From contig CAXXTB010000002.1 in assembly GCA_963676795.2 (NCBI GenBank), forward strand, positions 1,536,001-1,600,000: a stretch of DNA of 64,000 nt, read 5' to 3'. Every line of letters starts with the position of its first letter. Within the stretch, counting starts at the first letter, position 1. The DNA comes from Geopsychrobacteraceae bacterium. GTDB taxonomy: Bacteria; Desulfobacterota; Desulfuromonadia; Desulfuromonadales; Geopsychrobacteraceae. The notes beneath the pieces are model-generated. The model had not been told where the DNA came from. It ran no database searches and saw only the letters and a list, made by a program, of their open reading frames with translations. A program made the position numbers and the translations under genes. Below are positions 20,111 through 29,430 of this stretch, piece by piece.

Positions 20111-20175
20111 GTTGCCATCCGGAAGCTGCGGAGGGCAACGCGTAAGTTTTCATCCGCAGCTTCCGGATGAAAACT
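20111..20175. repeat. Inverted doublet of palindromic units upstream of tetR
   Basis: Perfect 17-bp IR catccggaagctgcgga (20116-20132)/tccgcagcttccggatg (20153-20169). Each unit is also its own hairpin (gttgcc/ggcaac; 12-bp agttttcatccg/cggatgaaaact). Confidence 0.75.
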
Positions 20176-20186
20176 AGCTAGACAAG

Positions 20187-20798
20187 ATGAGAGTGATGAT
20201 GGCAGGAATCAGGGAAACTAAAAAGCAGGAAACGCGCAAGGCCATTTCGGAGGCTGCGATGAAGCTGTTCTCGGAAAAGGGGTATGAGCAGACCAGCATG
20301 GAAGAGATTGCCCGTGAGGCAGAGATCGGCAAAGCGACGATCTACGGTTACTTCAAAAACAAACAGGAAATATTTATTGCCTTCTGTGATGAAGAACTGG
20401 ACAGGTCGCTGGAAAAACTGGAGATCAATAAAACGGATAACAAGCCGATCCTTGAAATTCTGGTTGGCTATTTTGCCCATGATTTTCTGTTTTTTGAGAA
20501 CAATCGGGAATTTGCCAGCCACTTTCTGCGCGAAATGGCTTTCCCTCAGGAGATGAATGAGACGACGCGAGAACATGATCAACGTTACCTCGGGATTCTC
20601 GATTCTATTATTTGTCATGGTCAGGAAACAGGTGAAATCGACCCGCGGCACGATGTGTTTCTGACTGCTATACACTTCTTTTCTCTCTATCTCGGGGTTC
20701 TTGTTGGCTGGTTCCGCGGATTCGTCAATTCCTCTGAGGAATTTGAACAAAGACTCTCTGCCTTGTTCCGGCAGGCACTTGATGGAGTACGTCCATGA
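20187..20798 (+). CDS. TetR/AcrR family transcriptional regulator
   Basis: AAMKLFSEKGYEQTSMEEIAREAEIGKATIYGYFKNKQEIF helix-turn-helix. Start may be a downstream ATG (20196/20199). Confidence 0.92.
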   Translation: MRVMMAGIRETKKQETRKAISEAAMKLFSEKGYEQTSMEEIAREAEIGKATIYGYFKNKQEIFIAFCDEELDRSLEKLEINKTDNKPILEILVGYFAHDFLFFENNREFASHFLREMAFPQEMNETTREHDQRYLGILDSIICHGQETGEIDPRHDVFLTAIHFFSLYLGVLVGWFRGFVNSSEEFEQRLSALFRQALDGVRP

Positions 20799-22339
20799 AA
20801 ATTGTCTCTCGTCTCTTACTATGCTGCTTTGTCGTTTTGGGCTGCGGTCTGTCAACCGCTACAGCCGGAGAGCTGAACATGAACGATCTGATCATTCTGG
20901 GGTTGAAAAATAACCTGGGGCTGCAGATTGAAAAGTTACAGCGTCAGCAGACCGAAGCCGGTATCACAACAGAGGAAGCGGCCTTCGACAGTCAGCTTTT
21001 TTCCAGCCTTGATATTGAGCAATCCTCGACGCCCTATGAAGGAACCGGCTTCAGTGGCGAGTACGAAAGCGATACCCTGCAATTTCAGGCCGGTGCCAAT
21101 AAGCGATTTTTCAGCGGTTTGGTCGCGACAACCTCACTGATCAGCAAAAAGACCGATGATGACGATCTGAGTAACGATCTCAATCCGCGCTATCAGACCG
21201 TTCTGCAGCTGGAGCTGACGCAGCCATTGCTGAAAGGGTTCGGCCGGACAGTCAACCAGACCGGAATAACCCTGGCAAAGGGGCAGGCTGAACAGACAAG
21301 CCTGTCCTATCTCCTTCAGGCTCAAACCCTGATCCTTCAGTTGGAAACTATGGTACTGCAACTCCATGCGGATTACCGGATCAGTGAACTGCAGAGGCTC
21401 GCCTTGCAGCTGGCCGATGATCTCTATGATGCCAACAGGAAGAGATATTCTTCCGGCCTGGCTCCGATAACCGAGGTTCAGGAGGCGGAAACGGCACAGG
21501 CTGATCGCCGCTTGCAACTGTCACTGGCTTTGCAGCAGCAGGAGCTGGTCTGTCAGTCGCTGAATCGGCTGCTTGGTTCGCCACTGCCCGATGATTTCAA
21601 TCCGATGGCTCTGCAACTTTCAGCTCCTCAGCGGCCCCTCGATACGGCAGGTATCTCTGGGGCTGAGCTAGATTCCGTCGTTGCCAGACGGCTCGATGCG
21701 CGGATGGTAAAGATCGGACTCAAGATGACCGGGGTGCAGAAAAGCCTTTATGTCAATCAATTGCGTCCGCAACTGGATCTCAGCCTGAGAGCAGGTGTCA
21801 ATGGCTTGTCCGGTACGGATCGCGGCACTGTCCCCGGTTCCGCTTATTCCGGGAGTTGGTCAGATTCATTAACCAGTATGACGTCAGCCGATGGCGTTCA
21901 GTGGGGCGCCGGGCTGACATTTTCGCTGCCGCTGGGGAACAGGGCGGCAAAAGCCCGACTGCTACAGGCGGATCTCGAAGAACGCAAGCAGCGAACCCTG
22001 GTGGACGATATACGCCTGCAGATCGAAGATGAATTAAGCCAGCAGCAGATCAATCTGGCCAGGTCCTATGAACAGCTTCAGCTGGCCAGGGATTTCGAAG
22101 CTATTGCTGAGAAATCCCTGCATCAGGAAGAACGCAAACTTGAAGAGGGGTTGTCCGATACCTTTCGCATGATTTCGTTTCAGAACAAGATGATCAGTGC
22201 CAAGGTCAACAGAATCAATGCGGCAACCCAGTATCAGGTTGCGGTTGCACGCATGGCCTTTTTGCGTGGTGAAATTTTTGAGCGGCACGACATCCACCTT
22301 ACTGCGAACAATCAGGAGCTTGAAATTGAAAAATTATAG
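20795..22339 (+). CDS. TolC-family outer membrane efflux protein
   Basis: Signal peptide, LELTQPLLKGFG, LRPQLDLS, WGAGLTFSLPLGNR. Lies in an operon with MFP and RND genes. Confidence 0.85.
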   Translation: MKIVSRLLLCCFVVLGCGLSTATAGELNMNDLIILGLKNNLGLQIEKLQRQQTEAGITTEEAAFDSQLFSSLDIEQSSTPYEGTGFSGEYESDTLQFQAGANKRFFSGLVATTSLISKKTDDDDLSNDLNPRYQTVLQLELTQPLLKGFGRTVNQTGITLAKGQAEQTSLSYLLQAQTLILQLETMVLQLHADYRISELQRLALQLADDLYDANRKRYSSGLAPITEVQEAETAQADRRLQLSLALQQQELVCQSLNRLLGSPLPDDFNPMALQLSAPQRPLDTAGISGAELDSVVARRLDARMVKIGLKMTGVQKSLYVNQLRPQLDLSLRAGVNGLSGTDRGTVPGSAYSGSWSDSLTSMTSADGVQWGAGLTFSLPLGNRAAKARLLQADLEERKQRTLVDDIRLQIEDELSQQQINLARSYEQLQLARDFEAIAEKSLHQEERKLEEGLSDTFRMISFQNKMISAKVNRINAATQYQVAVARMAFLRGEIFERHDIHLTANNQELEIEKL

Positions 22340-23378
22340 ATCCCTTGTCACTGTCGTGGTTGTACTGAGCACCTGTCTGTTTCTTGGTGCCTGTAAAAAG
22401 GAGCAGGCAGAAACGCCAAGCTCAGCTCCGGAAAAGATCATCAGGGTTGCTGTGGAACAGATACGCCCTCAAGCGTTGACAGAAACCTTTTCCCTGCCGG
22501 CAAAGCTCGAAGCCTGGGAGGATCTGACCATTGCTGCCGAGTATCCGGGGCTGATCCTGAGTATTCCGGTTGAAGAAGGGGACAGAGTCAAAGCGGGAGC
22601 AAGGCTGCTGAATATCGATTCTGCAACCCTGAAAAGCAATCTTGCGCGTGAGGAAGAGAATGTCAGTGTGCTCAGTAATAAACTTGAGCGTTACCGCCAG
22701 CTGGAAAGTGAGGGGCTGGTCAGCCGGCAGGACGTGGATGACCTGAATAACGGGCTGGTCAGCGCTCAGGCTGCGTTGAAGGCGATGCGTCTGCAGATTG
22801 ACAAGACCATGCCGAGCGCTCCTATTGCAGGAATAGTCGATCATATCTTTGTCGATCGTGGAGAATATGTCGATCCCGGCAAGCCGTTGATCCGACTTCT
22901 ACAGGTTGAAAGGCTCAAGGCGATTGCGGATGTACCGGAAAAAGATGTGCACTTTCTTGCACCAGGCCAGGCAGCGGAACTTGTTCCGTCCAGCTTCGAT
23001 TCCAGAAGCGAGCCGTACAGCGGGACAATAGATTATATTGCCTATGCCGCAGATGAAGCGAGCCGGACCTACCGGACCAAGCTTTCAGTCAGTAACGATG
23101 CCGGGCTGTTGCGTCCGGGAATGATTGTCCGGGTTCGTTTCGTGCGTCAACAGCTGGAAAACGTAATGACAGTGCCCCTTTACGCGGTTCTTGACCGCGA
23201 GGGGGGAAAAATCGTGTTTGTCGCGGATGGCAATACGGCCAGAATGGTCAGGGTCAAGACCGGTGTAACCAGTGGCGAGCGGATTCTGATCGAAACCGGT
23301 CTTGAGTTCGGACAGCAGTTGATCGTGAAAGGTCAGCAATTGCTGGTCGATGGCAGCCGGATTGAAACGGGAGACTAG
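22326..23378 (+). CDS. RND efflux periplasmic adaptor (MFP) lipoprotein
   Basis: TTG start after CAGGAG, lipobox FLGAC, VEEGDRVKAG, APIAGIV, LRPGM, GQQLL. Confidence 0.85.
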   Translation: MKNYRSLVTVVVVLSTCLFLGACKKEQAETPSSAPEKIIRVAVEQIRPQALTETFSLPAKLEAWEDLTIAAEYPGLILSIPVEEGDRVKAGARLLNIDSATLKSNLAREEENVSVLSNKLERYRQLESEGLVSRQDVDDLNNGLVSAQAALKAMRLQIDKTMPSAPIAGIVDHIFVDRGEYVDPGKPLIRLLQVERLKAIADVPEKDVHFLAPGQAAELVPSSFDSRSEPYSGTIDYIAYAADEASRTYRTKLSVSNDAGLLRPGMIVRVRFVRQQLENVMTVPLYAVLDREGGKIVFVADGNTARMVRVKTGVTSGERILIETGLEFGQQLIVKGQQLLVDGSRIETGD

Positions 23379-23381
23379 GCT

Positions 23382-26300
23382 ATGCTGATTTCGAACGCTT
23401 CAATTAACCGGCGCAGTACCGTTTTTGCCCTGATGCTGATCATTCTGATCGTCGGGATTTTCAGCTATATGGTCCTGCCGCGCGAATCGACGCCGGATAT
23501 CACTATCCCCTACGTACTGGTTGTCACCCCCTATGAAGGGGTTTCTTCCTCCGATATCGAGAGCCTGATAACCCATCCGATCGAGCGCAAGCTTAAAGGG
23601 CTCAAGGATGTCGAGGAGATCCGTTCGGTCAGTTCTGAAGGGGCGTCGATGATCACCATCGAATTTACTCCCGATATCGTTATTGATGACGCCATTCAGA
23701 AGGTGCGCGACAAGGTCGATCAGGCCAAGGCCGACCTGCCGAACGATCTGGAGAGTGACCCGTCGATCATGGAGATCAACCTGTCAGAATTTCCGATCCT
23801 TATGGTTGCGGTTTCTGGTGACCGGGACGAAACGATCCTCAAAGCTGTGGCCGAAGAGCTGCAGGATCATATTGAGGAACTGCCCGGGGTTCTGGATGTC
23901 GTCCTTAGCGGTGGGCGGGAACGCCAGATTCGCATCGAATTCGATCCGGAGCGCCTCTACGCCTACCAGATCTCATTGCCGGAGGTTATCACAGCCATCC
24001 GCAGTGAGAATGTCAATATCCCGGGTGGCAGTATCGATATAGGGCAGGGGAAATACCTGCTTAGAGTGCCGGGTGAATTTGACGATCCGCATATCATCGA
24101 CAATCTGGTGTTGACCAGGCGCAATGGCAAGATTATCTATTTCAAGGATGTTGCCCAGATTTACGATACCTTTGAGGACCGGACCAGTCATGCCAGGGTC
24201 AATGGTAAGCGCAGTGTCTCGCTGGCAATCAAAAAGCGCAGCGGCGCCAACATCATTGAGGTCGCCGATCAGGTTTTTGCCATACTGGGGCAGGCGGAAA
24301 AACTCATCCCCGAAGGTATCGAGCTGTCCGTCACCCTGAATCAGTCGAAAGATATCCGGCGCATGGTCTCTGAGCTGGAAAATAACATCATCACCGGCCT
24401 GATTCTGGTTGTGCTGGTGCTGTTCATGTTTCTCGGTTTACGCAATTCATTCTTCGTCGCACTGGCCATTCCGTTCTCGATGCTGATCTCTTTTGCGGTT
24501 CTGCATCTGCTCGGCATTACCCTCAACATGGTTGTCCTGTTCAGCCTTATTCTGGCCCTCGGTATGCTGGTCGATAATGCGATCGTCATCGTTGAAAACA
24601 TCTACCGGCATATGCAGGAAGGGCATAAGGGTACCGAAGCGGCAAAAATAGCGGCAGCAGAAGTCGGTTGGCCGGTCATCAGTTCGACGCTGACCACCCT
24701 GTGCGCCTTCTTCCCGCTAATGTTCTGGCCCGGGATCATGGGCGAGTTCATGAAGTACCTGCCGATGACCCTGATCATAACATTGTCGGCGTCTCTGTTT
24801 GTCGCCCTGGTTATTAACCCGACTATCTGTGGACATCTGATGCATCCAGGGAAAAAACAGACGAAGACTGACAAATCAAATGCCTATATCATTGACGTCT
24901 ATCAGAAGATTCTGGTCTTTGCACTCGGCCATCGTATGCTGATTGTCGTATTGTCGGTGGTATTGCTGATTGGTATCGGAGCCCTGTACGGGGTTATGGG
25001 GCATGGCGTAGAGTTGTTTCCGGATACCGAGCCGAACCGGGCGTACGTTGAGATCAAGGCCCCGGAAGGAACCAATCTCGAGGCCAGCGATCAGATTGCC
25101 AGAATTGTCGAGGGCTTCACCCTGCCGGAGCAAGATATCCGCTTCAATATAGCCGAGGTCGGAACTACCGCCAGCGATCAGGGCGGCGGTGACAGCGTGC
25201 AGTCCAATCTGAGCCGAATCACCTTCGATTTTGCCGAGCGTCAGGATCGCCACGGGGATTCACGCAATGTCCTGGCCCGTATCCGCAAGGCCGTCAGTGT
25301 CCTGCCGGGAGCAGAGTTCAAGGTCGAAAAACAGGAAGAGGGGCCACCAACCGGTCCTCCCGTCAGCGTTGAAATCAGCGGTGACGATATCGAGATCCTC
25401 GACCTGCTGGTTTTTCAGGCCAAGGAAAAGATCAAGAACATCGAAGGCCTGGTCGATCTGAAGGACGATCTTTCCAAGGCCAAACCGGAGATCAAGGTAG
25501 TTGTCGACCGGGAAAAAGCCAACCTGCTCGGTTTGTCGACGGCGCAGATTGCCGAGATGGTCAAGGTGGCGATCGGTGGAACCAAGCTGGGTGTCTATCG
25601 CGAAGGGGAGGATGAATACGATATCGTCGCCCGCCTGCCGGAAGAACGCCGCAGGTCGGTCAATGATATCAGGAATCTGTTGATCCCGGCTGCAGCCGGT
25701 CCGCCCATTCCTCTTTCGACGGTTGCCGATATCCGTATCGGGACCGGTTTCGGTTCGATTCGTCATATCGATCAGAAGCGGGTGGTGACCGTCTCTGCGG
25801 ATACCTTCGGGCGCAACAGCAATGAGGTCCTCAAAGAGGTTCAGGCCGCTCTGGCCGGAATCGATCTGCCGGCGGGCTATCAGATCCGCTATTCCGGTGA
25901 ACAGGAAGAACAGCAGAAAGCGGCCGCGTTTCTGAGCAAGGCCTTTATTGGTGCCATCCTGCTGATCATGCTGGTGCTGATCACCCAGTTCAACTCGGTG
26001 CTGCAGACCCTGATCGTCATGACCTCGGTTATCCTGTCCCTGACGGGTGTTTTTCTTGGCCTGATGATCACCGCGACCCCCTTCGGGATCATCATGACCG
26101 GGATCGGTGTGATTTCCCTGGCCGGAGTTGTTGTCAATAATGCCATTGTCCTGATCGATTACATCAATCAGTTGATTCGCGAGGGGATGGAGACCCGGGA
26201 AGCGTTGATCAGGGCCGGGACCGTCCGATTCAGACCTGTTCTGCTGACCGCCGTGACAACCATTCTCGGATTGCTGCCGATGGCTGTCGGTGTCAGTGTC

Positions 26301-26480
26301 GATTTCAAGCATCTGGCTCTTGAGGTGGGAGGCGAATCGGCGGACTGGTGGGGACCAATGGCCGTTGCTGTCATTTACGGGCTTGCCTTCGCGACGATCC
26401 TGACCCTGGTTGTTGTGCCGGTTCTGTACTCTCTGGCCGATTCGGCGAGGAGTCGTTTCTGGAAGAGAAACCGCGTGTAA
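23382..26480 (+). CDS. RND efflux permease (AcrB/AcrD/AcrF family)
   Basis: 1032 aa with GMLVDNAIVIVEN, GVVVNNAIVLID, RFRPVLLTA and two large periplasmic loops. Confidence 0.93.
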   Translation: MLISNASINRRSTVFALMLIILIVGIFSYMVLPRESTPDITIPYVLVVTPYEGVSSSDIESLITHPIERKLKGLKDVEEIRSVSSEGASMITIEFTPDIVIDDAIQKVRDKVDQAKADLPNDLESDPSIMEINLSEFPILMVAVSGDRDETILKAVAEELQDHIEELPGVLDVVLSGGRERQIRIEFDPERLYAYQISLPEVITAIRSENVNIPGGSIDIGQGKYLLRVPGEFDDPHIIDNLVLTRRNGKIIYFKDVAQIYDTFEDRTSHARVNGKRSVSLAIKKRSGANIIEVADQVFAILGQAEKLIPEGIELSVTLNQSKDIRRMVSELENNIITGLILVVLVLFMFLGLRNSFFVALAIPFSMLISFAVLHLLGITLNMVVLFSLILALGMLVDNAIVIVENIYRHMQEGHKGTEAAKIAAAEVGWPVISSTLTTLCAFFPLMFWPGIMGEFMKYLPMTLIITLSASLFVALVINPTICGHLMHPGKKQTKTDKSNAYIIDVYQKILVFALGHRMLIVVLSVVLLIGIGALYGVMGHGVELFPDTEPNRAYVEIKAPEGTNLEASDQIARIVEGFTLPEQDIRFNIAEVGTTASDQGGGDSVQSNLSRITFDFAERQDRHGDSRNVLARIRKAVSVLPGAEFKVEKQEEGPPTGPPVSVEISGDDIEILDLLVFQAKEKIKNIEGLVDLKDDLSKAKPEIKVVVDREKANLLGLSTAQIAEMVKVAIGGTKLGVYREGEDEYDIVARLPEERRRSVNDIRNLLIPAAAGPPIPLSTVADIRIGTGFGSIRHIDQKRVVTVSADTFGRNSNEVLKEVQAALAGIDLPAGYQIRYSGEQEEQQKAAAFLSKAFIGAILLIMLVLITQFNSVLQTLIVMTSVILSLTGVFLGLMITATPFGIIMTGIGVISLAGVVVNNAIVLIDYINQLIREGMETREALIRAGTVRFRPVLLTAVTTILGLLPMAVGVSVDFKHLALEVGGESADWWGPMAVAVIYGLAFATILTLVVVPVLYSLADSARSRFWKRNRV

Positions 26481-26677
26481 TGACCTTTCTTGCTGAAGAC
26501 ACTTTCGGGCTTGAAAAAGATCAGGTTTTTACGGGGTTTGAGTTTGACAAGGACTGTGGCTTGAGGTAGAAGATTGCTCTGATATCACTTCGATTAAAAG
26601 CTCTGCATCTCATGCTGTATGACCTGTGATGAACGGTGCTTTTGATCCATTTCTTCTATATACGAAAGGTCACTGAT

Positions 26678-27868
26678 ATGTTTGAGAAGGTTCAAATTGC
26701 TCCTCCTGATCCGATTCTTGGTCTGGGTGAATTGTTCAAGGCCGACACCAATCCGGCCAAGATCAATCTTTCCGTCGGTGTTTATCAGGATGACAATGGC
26801 GTGACACCGGTTATGGACTGTGTCAAGGAAGCGGAAAAGCGTATTCTTGCCAGTGAAACCTCCAAAGGCTACCTGCCGATGACCGGTGATGCCGTTTACT
26901 GTGCGATGACTCAGGACCTGCTCTTTGGCGAAGGCCACGAGGTTGTTTCCGGCAGGCGGGCGGCAACTGCTCAGTGCCCTGGCGGTACCGGCGCCCTGCG
27001 GGTCGTCGGTGATTACCTGGCTGTTATCCATCCAGGAGCCAAGGTTTGGGTCAGCAATCCGACCTGGGCGAATCACAACACCATTTTTGCCGCTGCCGGT
27101 GTAAAGGTTGATTCTTACACCTATCGAGACGCTGCAACCAACGGTCTTGATTTTGAAGGGCTGAAAGCTTCCATCAAGCAGATGCCGGCCGGAGACGTTA
27201 TCTTGCTGCATGGCTGTTGTCATAATCCGACCGGTATCGATCCGACCCCGGAGCAGTGGGCCGAGATCGGTGACCTGTTGGCCGCCGGTGGTATCATCCC
27301 GATTGTTGACTTCGCTTACCACGGCCTGGCCGATGGTATTGAGGAGGATCGTCAGGGACTGCTCGAGTTGGCCAAGAAGGTCCGCGAGATGTTCATCTGC
27401 TCCAGCTATTCGAAAAACTTCGGTCTGTACCGTGAGCGGGTTGGTGCCCTGACCGTTGTTGCTGATACCGCTGAACAGGCGTCTACCGTCATGAGCCAGA
27501 TCAAGCTGCGGATTCGCTACCTCTACTCCAATCCGCCATCTCACGGTGCGCAGATCGTTGCTACTATCCTCAGCGACAAGGAGCTCAAGGCTCAGTGGAT
27601 CGCAGAGGTTGCAGCTATCCGTAACCGGATCAACCTGATGCGTCACGCTTTCGTTCAGAAGCTCAAAGACATGGGCGTTGATCAGGATTTCTCTTCGATC
27701 ATTACCCAACGAGGCATGTTCAGCTTCTCCGGTTTGAACAAAGAGCAGGTCGAACGCCTCAAAAATGAATTTTCGATCTACATTGTCGGTTCGGGTCGTA
27801 TCAATGTCGCCGGTATCACTTCCGGCAACATCGACAGGCTGTGTGAATCGATCAAGGCTGTTTTGTGA
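26678..27868 (+). CDS. aspC: Aspartate/aromatic amino acid aminotransferase (AspC/TyrB type)
   Basis: PPDPILGL, KINLSVGVY, HGCCHNPTG, DFAYHG, SYSKNFGLYRERVG (PLP Lys), GRINVAG. Start set at ATG 26678. Confidence 0.92.
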   Translation: MFEKVQIAPPDPILGLGELFKADTNPAKINLSVGVYQDDNGVTPVMDCVKEAEKRILASETSKGYLPMTGDAVYCAMTQDLLFGEGHEVVSGRRAATAQCPGGTGALRVVGDYLAVIHPGAKVWVSNPTWANHNTIFAAAGVKVDSYTYRDAATNGLDFEGLKASIKQMPAGDVILLHGCCHNPTGIDPTPEQWAEIGDLLAAGGIIPIVDFAYHGLADGIEEDRQGLLELAKKVREMFICSSYSKNFGLYRERVGALTVVADTAEQASTVMSQIKLRIRYLYSNPPSHGAQIVATILSDKELKAQWIAEVAAIRNRINLMRHAFVQKLKDMGVDQDFSSIITQRGMFSFSGLNKEQVERLKNEFSIYIVGSGRINVAGITSGNIDRLCESIKAVL

Positions 27869-27889
27869 TATCAGAAGCAGTGTAATTCT

Positions 27890-27929
27890 CAGGAGTTTGT
27901 CAAAAACTCGTGACAAACTCCTGGTTTTT
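27890..27929 (+). terminator. Intrinsic terminator after aspC
   Basis: 13-bp perfect stem caggagtttgtca/tgacaaactcctg followed by gttttt. Confidence 0.75.
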
Positions 27930-27981
27930 AAGCGCAATCTTGCACTCAGTAAAATCCGTCACAAAAAAACAATATTTTTGC

Positions 27982-28010
27982 TTGACGGTCAGAATAATCT
28001 TTGTTAAAAC
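27982..28010 (+). promoter_or_regulatory. Probable sigma70 promoter for tRNA-Gln
   Basis: TTGACG-17 nt-TAAAAC with extended -10 TG and an A/T-rich UP-like region upstream. Confidence 0.55.
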
Positions 28011-28024
28011 CTGCGTCACTTCGT

Positions 28025-28099
28025 TGGGGCGTCGCCAAGCGGTAAGGCACCGGATTTTGATTCCGGCATTCCCAGGTTCGAATCCTGGCGCCCCAGCCA
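28025..28099 (+). tRNA. tRNA-Gln(TTG)
   Basis: TGGGGCG/CGCCCCA acceptor stem, CCGGA-TTTTGAT-TCCGG anticodon arm, GTTCGAATCC, encoded CCA. Confidence 0.95.
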
Positions 28100-28100
28100 C

Positions 28101-28260
28101 TTTTAATCCTGCTCTGAATATCAGGATTCGAAGCGGAACGAGCGCTGACTAAATGTCAGAAAAGCGGACAGGAGGTCCGCGTCAGTGAGTGTAGGGGAGC
28201 CTACGCAGGAGTCAACTGGATGTTGACGACGTAGTGGGCGAATCCTGGCGCCCCAGCCAC
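28101..28260 (+). repeat. 160-bp tRNA-linked structured unit ending in a duplicated tRNA-Gln 3' end; candidate ncRNA
   Basis: Exact 22-bp direct repeat cgaatcctggcgccccagccac at 28079-28100 and 28239-28260. Five internal hairpins, three with GGA-containing loops. Confidence 0.8.
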
Positions 28261-28291
28261 ATAAAATAACACTGTCCTGAGGGGCGGTAAC

Positions 28292-28324
28292 AAAAAGGAT
28301 GAAGTTACTACTTCATCCTTTTTT
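28292..28324. terminator. Intrinsic terminator downstream of tRNA-Gln and the linked unit
   Basis: aaaaaggatgaagt-tact-acttcatcctttttt. Confidence 0.85.
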
Positions 28325-28430
28325 ATTTCTATGCCGTTTTTCTTCCACCGTATTGACAGCAACAAACATTTTCCTCATCAATAGGCTTTAGCCTGATGTC
28401 GATGGCGACGCACTGTGAGGGCATGACGTT

Positions 28431-29207
28431 ATGACGATATTGAAATCATTTTTTTGGGTTATCCTGGCGGTATTCACTCAGCTTATCTTTGGTTGCAATA
28501 GTGGGACAGAGCTGACCGTCATGTATGACACCATCGGTACCCTTACTCCCCAATCTCTTGTCTACTGTAAAGGCGCACCCGTTGGAAGGGTTGAACAGAT
28601 CGCTACTGATGATCAGGGTGAGTTTGGGGTGCTGATTCAGATTGAATCCAGTTTTCAGACCTGTGCGACCAGTCGGACGCATTTCTACCTGATGGCGGAT
28701 CCTCAGGATCGAGAACATGCTGCTATTGTTTTAAAGCAGGATGAAAAAACTGGAATTATTTTGAAAAGTGGCGCAATCGTCAGGGGGGAACGTCTTGGCC
28801 TGCTCGATCAGCTGGTCTCCGATATCCAGAACTACCAGAATCAGGTTGTGGAAAAAGTCAGTCGTTCACTGGAAAACATTCAACAGGCATTGACTGACAA
28901 CAGTGATTCATTAAAAGCGGAACTGAAAGATTCACTGGAAGACCTCACCGCAGGGATTTCGAGGCTTGAAAGTTTGGCTGATGAAATGCTGACACAAGAG
29001 GAAGTTGAGAGCCTGAAAAAGATCATTGATGATTTTTATGCTGAATACAGTGCTGCAGAAGACGCTGTAAAAGAAAAAATCAGAGACGATTTCATTCCCG
29101 AATTACTTTTACGGATGGAATATCTTGAACAACGTCTGAATAAGCTCGGGCTCGGGCAGAAGTCGGAAGAGATTGAGCGCAGAATTGGTGAGATCGTAGA
29201 AATTTAG
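28431..29207 (+). CDS. MlaD/MCE-domain lipoprotein with acidic helical C-terminus
   Basis: Lipobox-like LIFGC, MCE-like LTPQSLVYCKGAPVGRVEQI, long amphipathic helical tail. Confidence 0.6.
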   Translation: MTILKSFFWVILAVFTQLIFGCNSGTELTVMYDTIGTLTPQSLVYCKGAPVGRVEQIATDDQGEFGVLIQIESSFQTCATSRTHFYLMADPQDREHAAIVLKQDEKTGIILKSGAIVRGERLGLLDQLVSDIQNYQNQVVEKVSRSLENIQQALTDNSDSLKAELKDSLEDLTAGISRLESLADEMLTQEEVESLKKIIDDFYAEYSAAEDAVKEKIRDDFIPELLLRMEYLEQRLNKLGLGQKSEEIERRIGEIVEI

Positions 29208-29313
29208 CCTGTCCTGATCCTCTATTTTGCTCTATGGTTGATTGATAAAAGAAAAATACGTTCTGAGGTTCTGGCAAGTCGGATAGAACACAACATTACA
29301 GTTAGGATTTTCG

Positions 29314-29430
29314 ATGGAACCGGTTCATTTCGCCGATATTCTGTTTACTGCGATCGCTCTTGCGATCATTTTGGGGATACTTTTTCTCGTTAAGAGAGGG
29401 AAAGACAAAAAGACAAAACCCTCGGAATGA
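29314..29430 (+). CDS. Small single-pass membrane protein, 38 aa (MEPVHFADILFTAIALAIILGILFLVKRGKDKKTKPSE)
   Basis: AGGA RBS, an 18-aa hydrophobic helix followed by a basic tail, stop overlapping the next start (ATGA). Below the ORF-track size cutoff. Confidence 0.6.
   Translation: MEPVHFADILFTAIALAIILGILFLVKRGKDKKTKPSE

Noticed and set aside
20187..26480. RND pump as the exporter for the olefin product
   Set aside because: Separated from the cluster by housekeeping genes and under its own TetR; nothing in the sequence links them.
26594..27937. 447-aa minus-strand ORF, and similar long antisense ORFs (6614-7879, 25260-26312, 50882-51979, 18191-18970)
   Set aside because: They are shadows of well-supported genes on the opposite strand, expected with GC-rich codon bias, and have no recognisable motifs.
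28079..28260. CRISPR array or second tRNA gene
   Set aside because: Only two repeats, both equal to the tRNA 3' end, no cas genes, and the second copy lacks D and anticodon arms.
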